Virus record (IMG/VR): IMGVR_UViG_3300029705_006930
Strand: one strand, 5' to 3'
Origin: a virus
Lineage: Duplodnaviria > Heunggongvirae > Uroviricota > Caudoviricetes
DNA: 60,692 nucleotides
Both the position numbers and the translations under genes were made by a program. Each line of letters starts with the position of its first letter. Positions within the stretch are counted from its first letter, which is position 1. Positions 20,401 to 30,700 of this stretch are shown here, one piece after another. The notes beneath the pieces are model-generated. The model saw nothing but the letters and a program-made list of their open reading frames with translations. It was not told where the DNA came from and ran no database searches.

Positions 20401-21867
20401 TTCGTACAACACGAGACCATTTTCGCCAACATCAGGGTTTTCGACATCGTTGTACGCGATATCATAAGTAAGTCGAGGAGAAGTGTCAACTGTAGCAATT
20501 GTTTCTTCAAATTCAACAACCTTTTCACTTAATGTAGAAATATTTGTTTTGTTTGTTTCAACAGAAGTATTAAGAGCCCCTACTGAAACATTTAAGGCTG
20601 ATACTTCTGATTTTGTTGCAAATTTATTATCAGCATCAACTTTATTATAGTAATCATTTGTTAATGTTGTAGGCAAATTATCAATTGTTGAATGGATATC
20701 CGCTAAATCAGCATCGGTTACCGTTTTATAGTCATCAAGTGAAGTCTGTACTTCATTTTTTGCATCGGCAATTTTAGATTCTATATTTGCAGTATAAACA
20801 CTTGTCCATTCTGCAGAAGGGTCACTGTTGATTTCGATTTCTTTTATAACAGTTTGACCATTATAGAAAGTCATAATTGAGCCATCATACTGAACATCAA
20901 AATTTGCTAATCCATCAATGCTTTCAATCTGTTGTTTAACTTCATTAAGCTGGTCTGAAATATCGATGTTTGCAATGAGAGTATCAACTTCATCTTCAGT
21001 GTAATAATTTGACAGGGCCTCAGTCACAGCATTATTTACAGCTGTGTCCACAGATGCTTCCAACTCACTTTTAGCCGTTTCAACAATCTGCTTGGCTTCA
21101 TTGGCAGAAGCTTGGGCTTCATCAGCAATATTTTGCATACCGGCAGCAGCTTCTTTGGCTTCATTAGCCGCTTCTTGAGCTATTGCAACTTGTTCCGTTA
21201 CTTGTGTGATAAAACTAGAAACCCAAGATGTATCAGGTTCAATAACACCATTACCTGACAATGACTGTAAAACATTTAAACCGTCACAAGGTTTTGTCAT
21301 CCAAATATATTCATCACCTTTAGAGTTGACACCAACAGCTTGAATTTCAAACTGGACAGTTCCAGCAATAGCAGTTACTCGCTTGTCTACCAGCCATGCA
21401 AATTTGATTTTATCACTGCACCAATATACATTAACCGGAACAGCATAATCATCATATCCATCTTTATTTAAAAAATGAATTAAAATATTTGTGCTCTTTA
21501 AGTCAAATCCATCATAAAAACGGGGCATCTGAAAGGGAATATACTGGGAATTTGTTTCCTGAGTTATATTAATCTGACGTGAGTCAAGTGTAATATTTTT
21601 TTCGCTGTCAATACTTGAAATCACATCATCGTGATATTCGGGATAATATAAATATTTGCTGTCCAATGTCCAGTCATCACCAGCATATGCAGCAATCATA
21701 TCTTCTTCTTCTGCAAGCATAGCAATGCCATTGTTATATGCTGCCGGAGCTGAAATATCCAATACAGCAATACTTGCATCTGCTGTACTTGCTTCAGCAA
21801 GGGGAACAGCAGTGATTTTTTCACTTTCCTGAGCCTTTTTCAGAGAATCTGCAAAAGAAATACTCAT
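17452..21867 (-). CDS. Giant tail/baseplate protein, exon 1 (BppU-like N-terminus, Ig/LamG-like domains, CotH-kinase-like domain)
   Basis: QGTSS..Y, KVNIASS and DNRAKNLF...YDMD motifs. Spliced product is about 2459 aa. Confidence 0.75.
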
Positions 21868-21914
21868 TATTTTCCTCCTTCCAAGAAATATAAAAGAGGG
21901 CATAAGAGCCCTCT

Positions 21915-22610
21915 TTAAAATTCAACTACATTATCTTGTTCTTCTTTTTCACTTGGTTCTGTAGGTTTTACAGAATTAAAATCAACAACAGGGATACCAT
22001 CTGCAATATCAGCAGCTCCTGTTTTAATTACAACTTTTGTACCAATTGTTTCTTTGCCAGACATGAGCTGGATAGAATTTTCATTATCATTGTACTTAAT
22101 ATCGTCAGCCTTGTTTAAATTAATATAATTAACTGTTTCTTCAATTGCACGCGCAGTACTATTTAACATAATGATACGCTGGTCAAGTGTATCTAATGCT
22201 TCATCAGGAATTACTTCACTCCAAGCACTAGTTGGTAATACCGGTAAAATTGTGCTTTCAATTTTTCTCACACGCTGGATGCTCTTACCATTTACATCTA
22301 AGTCACTGTGAATAAAAGTCAGTTTAATTTCAATATCCCCGGCTTCAGCTGTTAAGTCAGTATTGACAGGAACTGTATATTGTAAATAACCATTATAACG
22401 CTCATTGGACAAGGTCAAAATTTCATGACGATATTTTCTGCTGACAGGTAACACATATTCCATTGAAAGTGTAAAGTCAGCCATATTATAGCCATTATAA
22501 ATTGGATTTGCTAAAAACCACAATTCATCGACCAATTTACTTCTCTGCATAATACGCTGTTGCTTTGTAGCAATCATAGTATTATCATCATTTATTAAAA
22601 TTGTATACAA
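21915..22610 (-). CDS. BppU-like baseplate upper protein
   Basis: LTAEAGDIEIKLTF motif and position in the tail module. Confidence 0.55.
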   Translation of the reverse strand: MYTILINDDNTMIATKQQRIMQRSKLVDELWFLANPIYNGYNMADFTLSMEYVLPVSRKYRHEILTLSNERYNGYLQYTVPVNTDLTAEAGDIEIKLTFIHSDLDVNGKSIQRVRKIESTILPVLPTSAWSEVIPDEALDTLDQRIIMLNSTARAIEETVNYINLNKADDIKYNDNENSIQLMSGKETIGTKVVIKTGAADIADGIPVVDFNSVKPTEPSEKEEQDNVVEF

Positions 22611-22638
22611 ATTATCACTCCTTTACACATCTGGTTTA

Positions 22639-23163
22639 CTACTTCATTGTTAAATTATTTGTACCTACTCGGCCCGTACCTGTTGCTGCGCTGTCTGAGT
22701 TTTCACGGAATACAGACACCGAAACAACAATACGATGTAAACCACTGAGCCCTGATAAGTTCCAATCAATATATCCAGTGCTACCATATCCAGGTTGTCC
22801 TGCTACATTAGCATATGCTTCTGATGCACCAGTTTCACGAACAGTAGCCCCATGTGCATTCACTAATTTTGCACTACCAGTTGTGTGGATGCCATATTCA
22901 CCTGTTTTATTAGGAGAAGCAGAGGCCTGTACAGTCCCAGTTATGCTACTATAACCACTCACATCAAAATACTCACCATAGCCAGTTGAACCCGTATAAA
23001 GACCAGGGTCGCCTGTGGCTGCACTAGCAGATACATTGCCTAAAGAAATTGTTGATACCCATACTAGAACATTATTGCTATATAAATGAGTAAGAGCTGT
23101 AGTTATACCATTCTTTATAACATTTATTTTTGTAATCGTTGTATTATTAATTTTTAACGCCAT
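22639..23163 (-). CDS. Hypothetical tail-tip/receptor-binding protein
   Basis: 174-aa Gly/Thr-rich, beta-type ORF with a GGTGGT RBS. Confidence 0.55.
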   Translation of the reverse strand: MALKINNTTITKINVIKNGITTALTHLYSNNVLVWVSTISLGNVSASAATGDPGLYTGSTGYGEYFDVSGYSSITGTVQASASPNKTGEYGIHTTGSAKLVNAHGATVRETGASEAYANVAGQPGYGSTGYIDWNLSGLSGLHRIVVSVSVFRENSDSAATGTGRVGTNNLTMK

Positions 23164-23175
23164 AGCAACACCACC

Positions 23176-23841
23176 TTACAAAGTAATTGTTAAAGTCGTG
23201 CCACTGAGACTAAAATTAGCTTTTGGCATAGCAGCGGCGGCTAAATCATAGGCACTCTTAACTGCACTAGGTGTGGCAGCAATACCTCCAGACACATCTG
23301 AGGTGCTCGTAGTACTTGCTGATAATTTTAAATGGCCATAATTTGTGCCATCGCCTTTACCATAAGTTGTAGCAGTAGAACGGTGATTTATTGGAGCTTT
23401 GCCATCAATGGCGGCCTCCATTTCAGTAATTTTTGTAGTATTCGTTGTCAAGCGACATATATAACCTTCAGTAGTTAACTCATAAATTTCGCCACCATCA
23501 TCAGAAATTTTTATCCAGATGTCACCAACATCTTGTACAATTTCGCCTGTAGGTTCTGTTGTAGAACAAATCACCTGACATTTTTCGCGTTTGACATAGC
23601 GCTGCATTGCAATCATCGCATCTTGCAATTGATTGAAATCATCAGCTGTAATTGCTGCTTTTTGCAGTTCAGGATGATTTTGTAACAAGTTCTGAGCAGC
23701 AGTCAAATTTCCTTGTTGTAAAAACTTTTTATATTCACTCACATTGGCAAGCATGGTGCTGTCAATATTGGCTTTATTTTCAAAAGTATCCATAGAGTCG
23801 GGATAATTGGTTCCCGGTAAATCTTTATATGTTGTACTCAC
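23176..23841 (-). CDS. Tail fibre protein with a phage fibre repeat
   Basis: YGHLKLS...AATPSAVKSAYDLA fibre repeat motif. Confidence 0.7.
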   Translation of the reverse strand: MSTTYKDLPGTNYPDSMDTFENKANIDSTMLANVSEYKKFLQQGNLTAAQNLLQNHPELQKAAITADDFNQLQDAMIAMQRYVKREKCQVICSTTEPTGEIVQDVGDIWIKISDDGGEIYELTTEGYICRLTTNTTKITEMEAAIDGKAPINHRSTATTYGKGDGTNYGHLKLSASTTSTSDVSGGIAATPSAVKSAYDLAAAAMPKANFSLSGTTLTITL

Positions 23842-23874
23842 AACTTGCCTCCTTTATAAAATAATAAAAGGGCC

Positions 23875-25437
23875 TCATGTGAGGCCCTCTTTCTTAGCAT
23901 TTTCTAAAGCTTGTTTTGTTGTAATATATGGATACAGGGGATAGAAAGTCATCATATCCACTGTCATTGTCCCTTCCAATACATTTTGTGATATGTTTTT
24001 TATAATATATTGTTCTTCTTGTTTTTGAAGAGCTAAATGATGAGATATTTTTTTATTAACGTCAAGCCATGGTATAGTCATCAAATCCATTGATACCTGA
24101 TTGCTTAAAGTTGTCGTGCGCCAGTTTTCATATTCAGCACGTTCCAAACAGTCTTCATCAAGCCATATTCCTTCATCAGTAATTGTTTCAGCAACTACAT
24201 CTCCGATTTTATCAATCGCAAATGGATTGTCTGGATTTACAACAAAACTCATATTATTACAATTGTATTTTGTTTTATATGTGCTTTTAACTGTCTCACT
24301 TGGTTCATTATTCCATAAAGTTGCCACTGCATGTATCTGATATTGACCCTGTAAATAAAATTTTTTGTTATAAAACTTTACTACATAGCTTTGTCCCATT
24401 AAAAGAGTATTGGCTGACACGAATGTCCCATCACTAACAACAATAGGATATGCTCCTAAGCTATTAATTTGCAAAGTTACATTTGCAACATTATTACTTG
24501 GAGCAGTAAAACCATAATATTTATTGTTTTGATATACAAAATTATCAATGTCTATGGTCGCATTGTATTGAGAGCCACTAACAACTACACTGTCTACGAA
24601 ATAATCTGTCTCCCAACACTTACCAAAAACTTCAGTAATATTATAAACTGTTGAAAAAGAATTACTGTAAGGCTCTTTAATAATTAAATCATATAAAATT
24701 TCATCATTTGCAATAACAGGGTCATTTGCACAAGTTGGTATTTCTTGACAAATAAAAGTCCCATCATAATCAAAAAAGAATTCCCAAGCAGGATATAAAT
24801 TCACTAATTCTTCTATAATATCAAAGACTGTGACGCCTGCACCAAATTCGATATCATAAGGTACAGGATACCCAACATCATCTATACGATATTTGTTCCA
24901 TCCGCCAAGCTGCACTACTGTATCAACAATAGCATTTCGAATTCGTACAGGAATAGAATCTTCAGTGATTTCATCGTCAGGAATATTTCCATATCTACGA
25001 ATTTTTGTTGCATATCCTACAAGATAACCTCCACGTTCACCAGTAAACATAGACATTAAATCAACCAAGGACATACTCAATTCTTTGGTTGTTTCATCAT
25101 AAGATATACTATTTTCAGTAATCAAAAAATGAGCTACAGGATAATATACAATTTGATTTGTACGTATATTTCTGTAGCCCACTTTAATGTATAAAATTTT
25201 ATCAATCCAAAATAATGATTCTCTGGACACATTAAATTTATCATCTTTAATAAACACAGAGAGATTTGCTGCTCTCCGAATACCAGAGTCTGAACTGATA
25301 GTATAATTAAAATTTGTACAAACTCCAGATACTTCATCTAAAGTTTTTAAAGATTTATCTTTTATTTCTATACTTACATAGATTGTTTTTTCACGCTGTT
25401 TAAGGAGGTGAATATCATCTTGAGTGATATTGTACAT
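23875..25437 (-). CDS. Tail/baseplate hub-like protein
   Basis: 520 aa with WEFFFDYDGTF and IPWLDVNKKI motifs, located after the tape-measure module. Confidence 0.6.
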   Translation of the reverse strand: MYNITQDDIHLLKQREKTIYVSIEIKDKSLKTLDEVSGVCTNFNYTISSDSGIRRAANLSVFIKDDKFNVSRESLFWIDKILYIKVGYRNIRTNQIVYYPVAHFLITENSISYDETTKELSMSLVDLMSMFTGERGGYLVGYATKIRRYGNIPDDEITEDSIPVRIRNAIVDTVVQLGGWNKYRIDDVGYPVPYDIEFGAGVTVFDIIEELVNLYPAWEFFFDYDGTFICQEIPTCANDPVIANDEILYDLIIKEPYSNSFSTVYNITEVFGKCWETDYFVDSVVVSGSQYNATIDIDNFVYQNNKYYGFTAPSNNVANVTLQINSLGAYPIVVSDGTFVSANTLLMGQSYVVKFYNKKFYLQGQYQIHAVATLWNNEPSETVKSTYKTKYNCNNMSFVVNPDNPFAIDKIGDVVAETITDEGIWLDEDCLERAEYENWRTTTLSNQVSMDLMTIPWLDVNKKISHHLALQKQEEQYIIKNISQNVLEGTMTVDMMTFYPLYPYITTKQALENAKKEGLT

Positions 25438-25452
25438 ATTATCCCTCCATTT

Positions 25453-26394
25453 TTATCTATATAATTGATATGTTGCAGCAACTGCATAAGGTTCTGAATT
25501 ATAGTTGTTATTGGCATCTACGTCTATCAAATTACCATTGTATAATGCCTGATTATCTGTTGGATTGCCTGTTTCAACAAAGTTAAAATCAGTATATAAA
25601 ATAGTATTATTTTCAGAGTGTCCAATATTATCAACAACATTAATAATCCAGCTACGACCATCATCCAGCTTAAGAATTTTGGGACGGCCATTAGTTAAAA
25701 AATCCGTAAACACTTCACGGTATGCTGCATCATCAAAGTAGTCAGGTATAATCTGACAACTTGTTCCAGGCAAAAAGGCAGCGTGAATTTGACCAGAAGT
25801 ATAGTTGGCTTTTGAGTTTCTCACAACAAAAGGATATTTGCTGTTCAATGTTGTTACAATACCTGTTGGATGATTGCGTTCTGTAGGAGTGTAATCATAC
25901 AAAAATGCTCTATATGAAATATCTTTTTCTGCAATAACAATACCATCGAAAGTACTTTCTATACTGTTAGTGTTCGAAGTACCCTCTGCACCGTTAGATA
26001 CAGCAACAAGAGCATACTCAACTGTTTCACCTGCATTTACATATCTATCGATATAATGAACACTGGCATCATCTACAGATACAATAGGGAAGTCAGCTAA
26101 TACAACCCAATCATACGTGCCAACTTTACGACGTTTTAAACGCAACGCGTCAATTTCACTTACTGTATAATTAACATTACCTGCAACAAAATTATCTTTA
26201 AATAAAGCATGTAAAATGGTAGCAAAATCCCACTCGGTCGGTATTTGTGACATATCATAGTTTGTGTCACCAGTGACATATAATTCATCATAAATACCAT
26301 TGTTTAATGTCATTGTCGTAATTGCACTATCTGCAGGAACTATATAATCCATTGCGGCATCATCGTGCCAAAAATCATAATTTAAAAATATCAC
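25453..26394 (-). CDS. Tail/baseplate protein (distal-tail-like C-terminus)
   Basis: 313 aa with FLTNGRPKILK..DGRSW, in tail-gene synteny. Confidence 0.55.
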   Translation of the reverse strand: MIFLNYDFWHDDAAMDYIVPADSAITTMTLNNGIYDELYVTGDTNYDMSQIPTEWDFATILHALFKDNFVAGNVNYTVSEIDALRLKRRKVGTYDWVVLADFPIVSVDDASVHYIDRYVNAGETVEYALVAVSNGAEGTSNTNSIESTFDGIVIAEKDISYRAFLYDYTPTERNHPTGIVTTLNSKYPFVVRNSKANYTSGQIHAAFLPGTSCQIIPDYFDDAAYREVFTDFLTNGRPKILKLDDGRSWIINVVDNIGHSENNTILYTDFNFVETGNPTDNQALYNGNLIDVDANNNYNSEPYAVAATYQLYR

Positions 26395-27443
26395 GATGTC
26401 ACCTCAATTACTTGTAATTCATATAAATTGTTCTTTCGTCTTAAATTAATCTGAAATTTCTCATACACAAAATATTCACTGTCAAGAACATAAGAATACA
26501 CGCCACTGATTGCTGTTAAATGAACGAAATACTTATTTTCATTAGCAGAATATTTTTTGCCTTGACGAACTTCCAATACGATTTCATTATCTCCCAATAT
26601 GAGAATTGGAACATATAGAGCAGGGGATTCGATAATTGCTTGGAGTGTGAAATTTTCACTAATCTGATAACCTTCATAAAAAATAACAGAATCACCTTTA
26701 CGCAAGTCAACCTTTTCACCTTCAAGAAATGTTGGATTATCATCGCCAGTATAAGAACCTTCAGCAATGACAACATTGGATGTAATTTCTACAGTTCCAG
26801 CCAGCTCATCATTTGACAATTCAACAATGGAAAACATAGATGGAGTAAGATACTCAATCTTAAATTCCACCATTCCTGTATCTACAACCATGCCCGAAAC
26901 AGTTTCGCCAATCGCACGAATGCGATATGAAGTATTGTTCGAAAAACCATCTAGAATATAGCTTAATGAAGATACGTCATAGAGTACACCGGTCGTAAAT
27001 AACTGAACAGAGTTTATATTATATAAAAAAATCTGATAACTGTTCAGTGGTTCATTTTGCTCTTGATAATAATTTAATCTCACTTGAAAATTTGTCGCAG
27101 TCAACGTTTGTTCCTGACGAATATTTGCAAATTCAAAAGTAGGAGATGTTAAACACTTAAAAATAATCGGAGCACTAAATTCAGATTGATTACCATTGCC
27201 ATCCATTACCTGGACTTCAGCCTTATATGTTTCACCATTTATCAGCTTATTTGCAGGAACAGGATGAATAAGCCTGTAGGACGTATAATTTTCTTCATAT
27301 ACAACATCTAAAGTTGTATTGTTGGTTATACGAAGTCTATTTTCAAAGGCCTGATTATCATTATAAGCAAATGTGAAAGTAAATTCATTGCGGGCATCAA
27401 AAGGAGGGATAGAATATAATATAGGGGTATTTAAAGTACTCAT
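26391..27443 (-). CDS. Tail protein with Fn3/Ig-like domains
   Basis: 350 aa, beta-rich, translationally coupled to its neighbours. Confidence 0.55.
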   Translation of the reverse strand: MSTLNTPILYSIPPFDARNEFTFTFAYNDNQAFENRLRITNNTTLDVVYEENYTSYRLIHPVPANKLINGETYKAEVQVMDGNGNQSEFSAPIIFKCLTSPTFEFANIRQEQTLTATNFQVRLNYYQEQNEPLNSYQIFLYNINSVQLFTTGVLYDVSSLSYILDGFSNNTSYRIRAIGETVSGMVVDTGMVEFKIEYLTPSMFSIVELSNDELAGTVEITSNVVIAEGSYTGDDNPTFLEGEKVDLRKGDSVIFYEGYQISENFTLQAIIESPALYVPILILGDNEIVLEVRQGKKYSANENKYFVHLTAISGVYSYVLDSEYFVYEKFQINLRRKNNLYELQVIEVTS

Positions 27444-27718
27444 TATGTCCTCCTTCGTCCACTAATATATTTATTTCGCATATTATTTTGGGGAATAGTC
27501 ACCCAAACTGCTTCATTAATTTTAAATGTAATGTCTAAAGAAGAGGGGATAGTAAATATTTCTTCTTTAATTTTTACTTTATATTTATAATCATCAACTA
27601 CAGCAGTGATAATGCCTGCAACAGTTTTATCATAATTTGCAGTATTAAGAAATCGTTTTACAACTTTTTGAATTTCGGTCGACAAAACTTCGATTGCTTG
27701 AGTTTCTTTGCTTTTCAT
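27443..27718 (-). CDS. Small tail protein (OB-fold-like)
   Basis: 91-aa ORF right after the tape-measure gene, GGAGGT RBS. Confidence 0.55.
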   Translation of the reverse strand: MKSKETQAIEVLSTEIQKVVKRFLNTANYDKTVAGIITAVVDDYKYKVKIKEEIFTIPSSLDITFKINEAVWVTIPQNNMRNKYISGRRRT

Positions 27719-27734
27719 TTACTATCCACCTCCT

Positions 27735-30700
27735 TTATTTATATAAATCTTTCATAATCTGATTTGGTAACTGTCTGATAATAGCATCAGATAAAGCTGA
27801 AACATTACCAACTGGATTATTGATGATAATATCTCCAATTTCCAAAGAAATATTTTTTTTGGAATGATTAAGATTATTTATCAGTCCCTTATGAGTATCA
27901 AGAATTGCTCGCTGATGATTTGGTGTAAGAACATATTCATCTTGCTGCAAAATAGCAGGAACTTCGCCAAGCTTAAGTTTATCTATATATCGTGCAAAAG
28001 CATTGCTTACATTGGCCTGCGGTTTAACAAGACCACCGTCGTGATAAATTTGAGGTTTTTGTCTACTACCACCACCGAAGTCCAATTTAATCTTGAGTGT
28101 ATTATCACGAGATGTACGTCCTATATCATCCTCTTCAACATTTGGTTTTGGCATTGCCCAACTAGGGTCGGCGGCTGGAATATCAGCTTCTAAACCATTA
28201 GCTGTTACTTGATAGCTTTTTGCAGCAGCTTCCATTGCCCCAAAATTAGCAATAACACGCTGAGCATAATCATCATGCCAGGCACCCATTTGTTCTAAGG
28301 TCATTCCTTCGAACTCAGCAAGCAAAGCCATTTCAGTCTGATATTCTTCTAATGTTTTACCAATATTATCCATAGTGTCCTGAAATTTTTCTTTAAGGTC
28401 ATCTATGGCTTCAATTTGGTCTTGAATTGCTTCCTTGGCATCATCCAAAGCAGTAATCTGGTCTTCTATTGCCTTTTTAGCATCTTCACGCTCTATTTCG
28501 CGAAGATATTCATGATAGGCATCTTCAGCTTCTTTAACCTCACTTGGGTCAGCAACCCATTGCCAACCTTTATCATGAGTATAAAGACGGACTGTTTTAT
28601 TAGCCTTTGCTCGTTCATAAGCATCTTTGAGCTTTTGTAACTCAAATTCTCTGTCTTCAGCTTCGTAGATTTCGTTTAAAGCATCTAGTTCATCTTGCAA
28701 AGCTTCTTTCTTTTTATCAATCAGGTCAATCTCGTCTTCGAGCGGTTTCTTGCGATTTTCAAGAGCTTTAATTGCAGCATTACCTTGTGCTTTTAACAAA
28801 TCTTGTTGCTTTTTAGCAGCATCTTCTGCGGCATCACCATACATATCAAGAGCATTAACACCCTGTAAAAGAGTATCTGTGCGTTGCCATATTATTTCAA
28901 TGGCCTGCTCCATTGTTTCAAGATATCCTTCTTCTTGAGCTTTATTAAGAGCAGTTGTTGCATATAGCTTTAACTGAGATTTAGCAAGTGCCAAAGTTGA
29001 TTCATTTAAATCTGCCTGAGCAGACTCAACAACTTCAAGAGCAGCGGCCTCACTAGTCAAAGACTTGATGGCATCAATACCTTGTTGAACTGCTTTAATG
29101 CGCAATTCATTGATGCGCGCTTGTGTAAGCTGCTTAATTGCTTCTTCGTTAAGAGCAATCTGACCATTTTCATCACGAAGTAAATCAAGATAACGTTGGT
29201 CAAGCTGTGTTAGTTCTTGTAAAGTTTCAAGAGTGAATACACCCTTAGAAGAATATTCTTGGGCTGCTTTATAAATAGTCGATAAACTGTCTCGTGTATT
29301 ATCAATTTCTTCATTGATTTTATCAAAACCAATTTGTGACACATCACGCAAGATTAACTCAAGATTCTTAGCTTCTGTAATTGTGGATTTAATACCATCT
29401 TTGGTTTCGGAAACATAATTTTTAACCAAATTCCAAGACTGAGCCTGGTTATAAATTATCTCAGACTGGTCACCATTATATTGCAAATCTGTAGGAACAA
29501 TCCCAGAGTTAAAGGCTTCCTGATAAATTTGTTCTGCAAATTCAATAACTTGTGCCGCAGTTGCAATTTCTCCTTCAAGAAATTCATAGATAGTTTTATC
29601 ATCTTCTTTGTCGTATAACTTGAGGGCTGCTTCGTACTGTTGTTTGATATCAGTGATTGTTTTTAATTCACTAATAGCATTTTCGTAAGATTCTCGAGTA
29701 TATTTGCTGTATTTATCAAATTGTGACTGTGTATATTCTGTATTAGTGCCATCTTTGATTTCATTCTGCCAATTTTGTGCCTGACGAAGATTAGAATACA
29801 AGAGATATAGAGATTTAGTGCCAAGAACCTCTTGAGTTGTGCCATTATCATCAGAAATAGGCATATAGTTATATGTATTACGCAATTCTTCATAAGTATT
29901 TTTCTTAAAAGGATTGCCATCAGAGCCATATAAATCAGCCTCAACTAAACGACGTTTTTCAATTTTTTCTGCAGTTTCTAAAAGATGAATATAATCTTTT
30001 AAATAAGCGATGCGGGCATTTTCTGCATCTGTTACACCATTTTTGGACTGTTTATCAAGCAATTCATCAAGTTCTTGGTTGACATCCTGCAATTCGCTAG
30101 CTAATTCATCGATTTTGGTTTTTATATTATCGATAGTATGCATCCAATCAGTGAATTTTCTAATACCTGCATTGATTACCACGGAAATCAATAGACCGAT
30201 GCCCATCTGTAATGCGGAATTAAGTAGTCCACTGGCAACAGCTGCTGCTTTTTTTGCAAAAGTCAATTCTTTAATCGATTGATTATATACCGAAATAGCC
30301 TTTTGATTAGCTTTAAAACTTGCATTGGTACTTAATTGTGCCTCTACAAGTTTACGATTTGCATCTGACAGCCCATTATACTGTTCCAAAGCATCTTTAA
30401 AGTCATTGCCAGATAACACATACTGTTGAGCAAGAGGCAATTTCGCATTTTCTAATTCATTTTTATTGAAAATGGACTGCATGTGCACCAGAAATGCATC
30501 CAATTCATCTGTAACAGCTTTTTTATTCGCTGGGTCAATAAAATCTCTTAATCCAAAAAAACTAAAATAAGATTTTCCATCAACATTCTTGTTAAACAAA
30601 TATTTATCATGGGCTGCTAAGAATCCCATGAAAACACTGGTCAACAACGGAATCGCTCCCGTAAACTCTGCAACGGCGTCCGTTGCTTGAATAAATCCAT

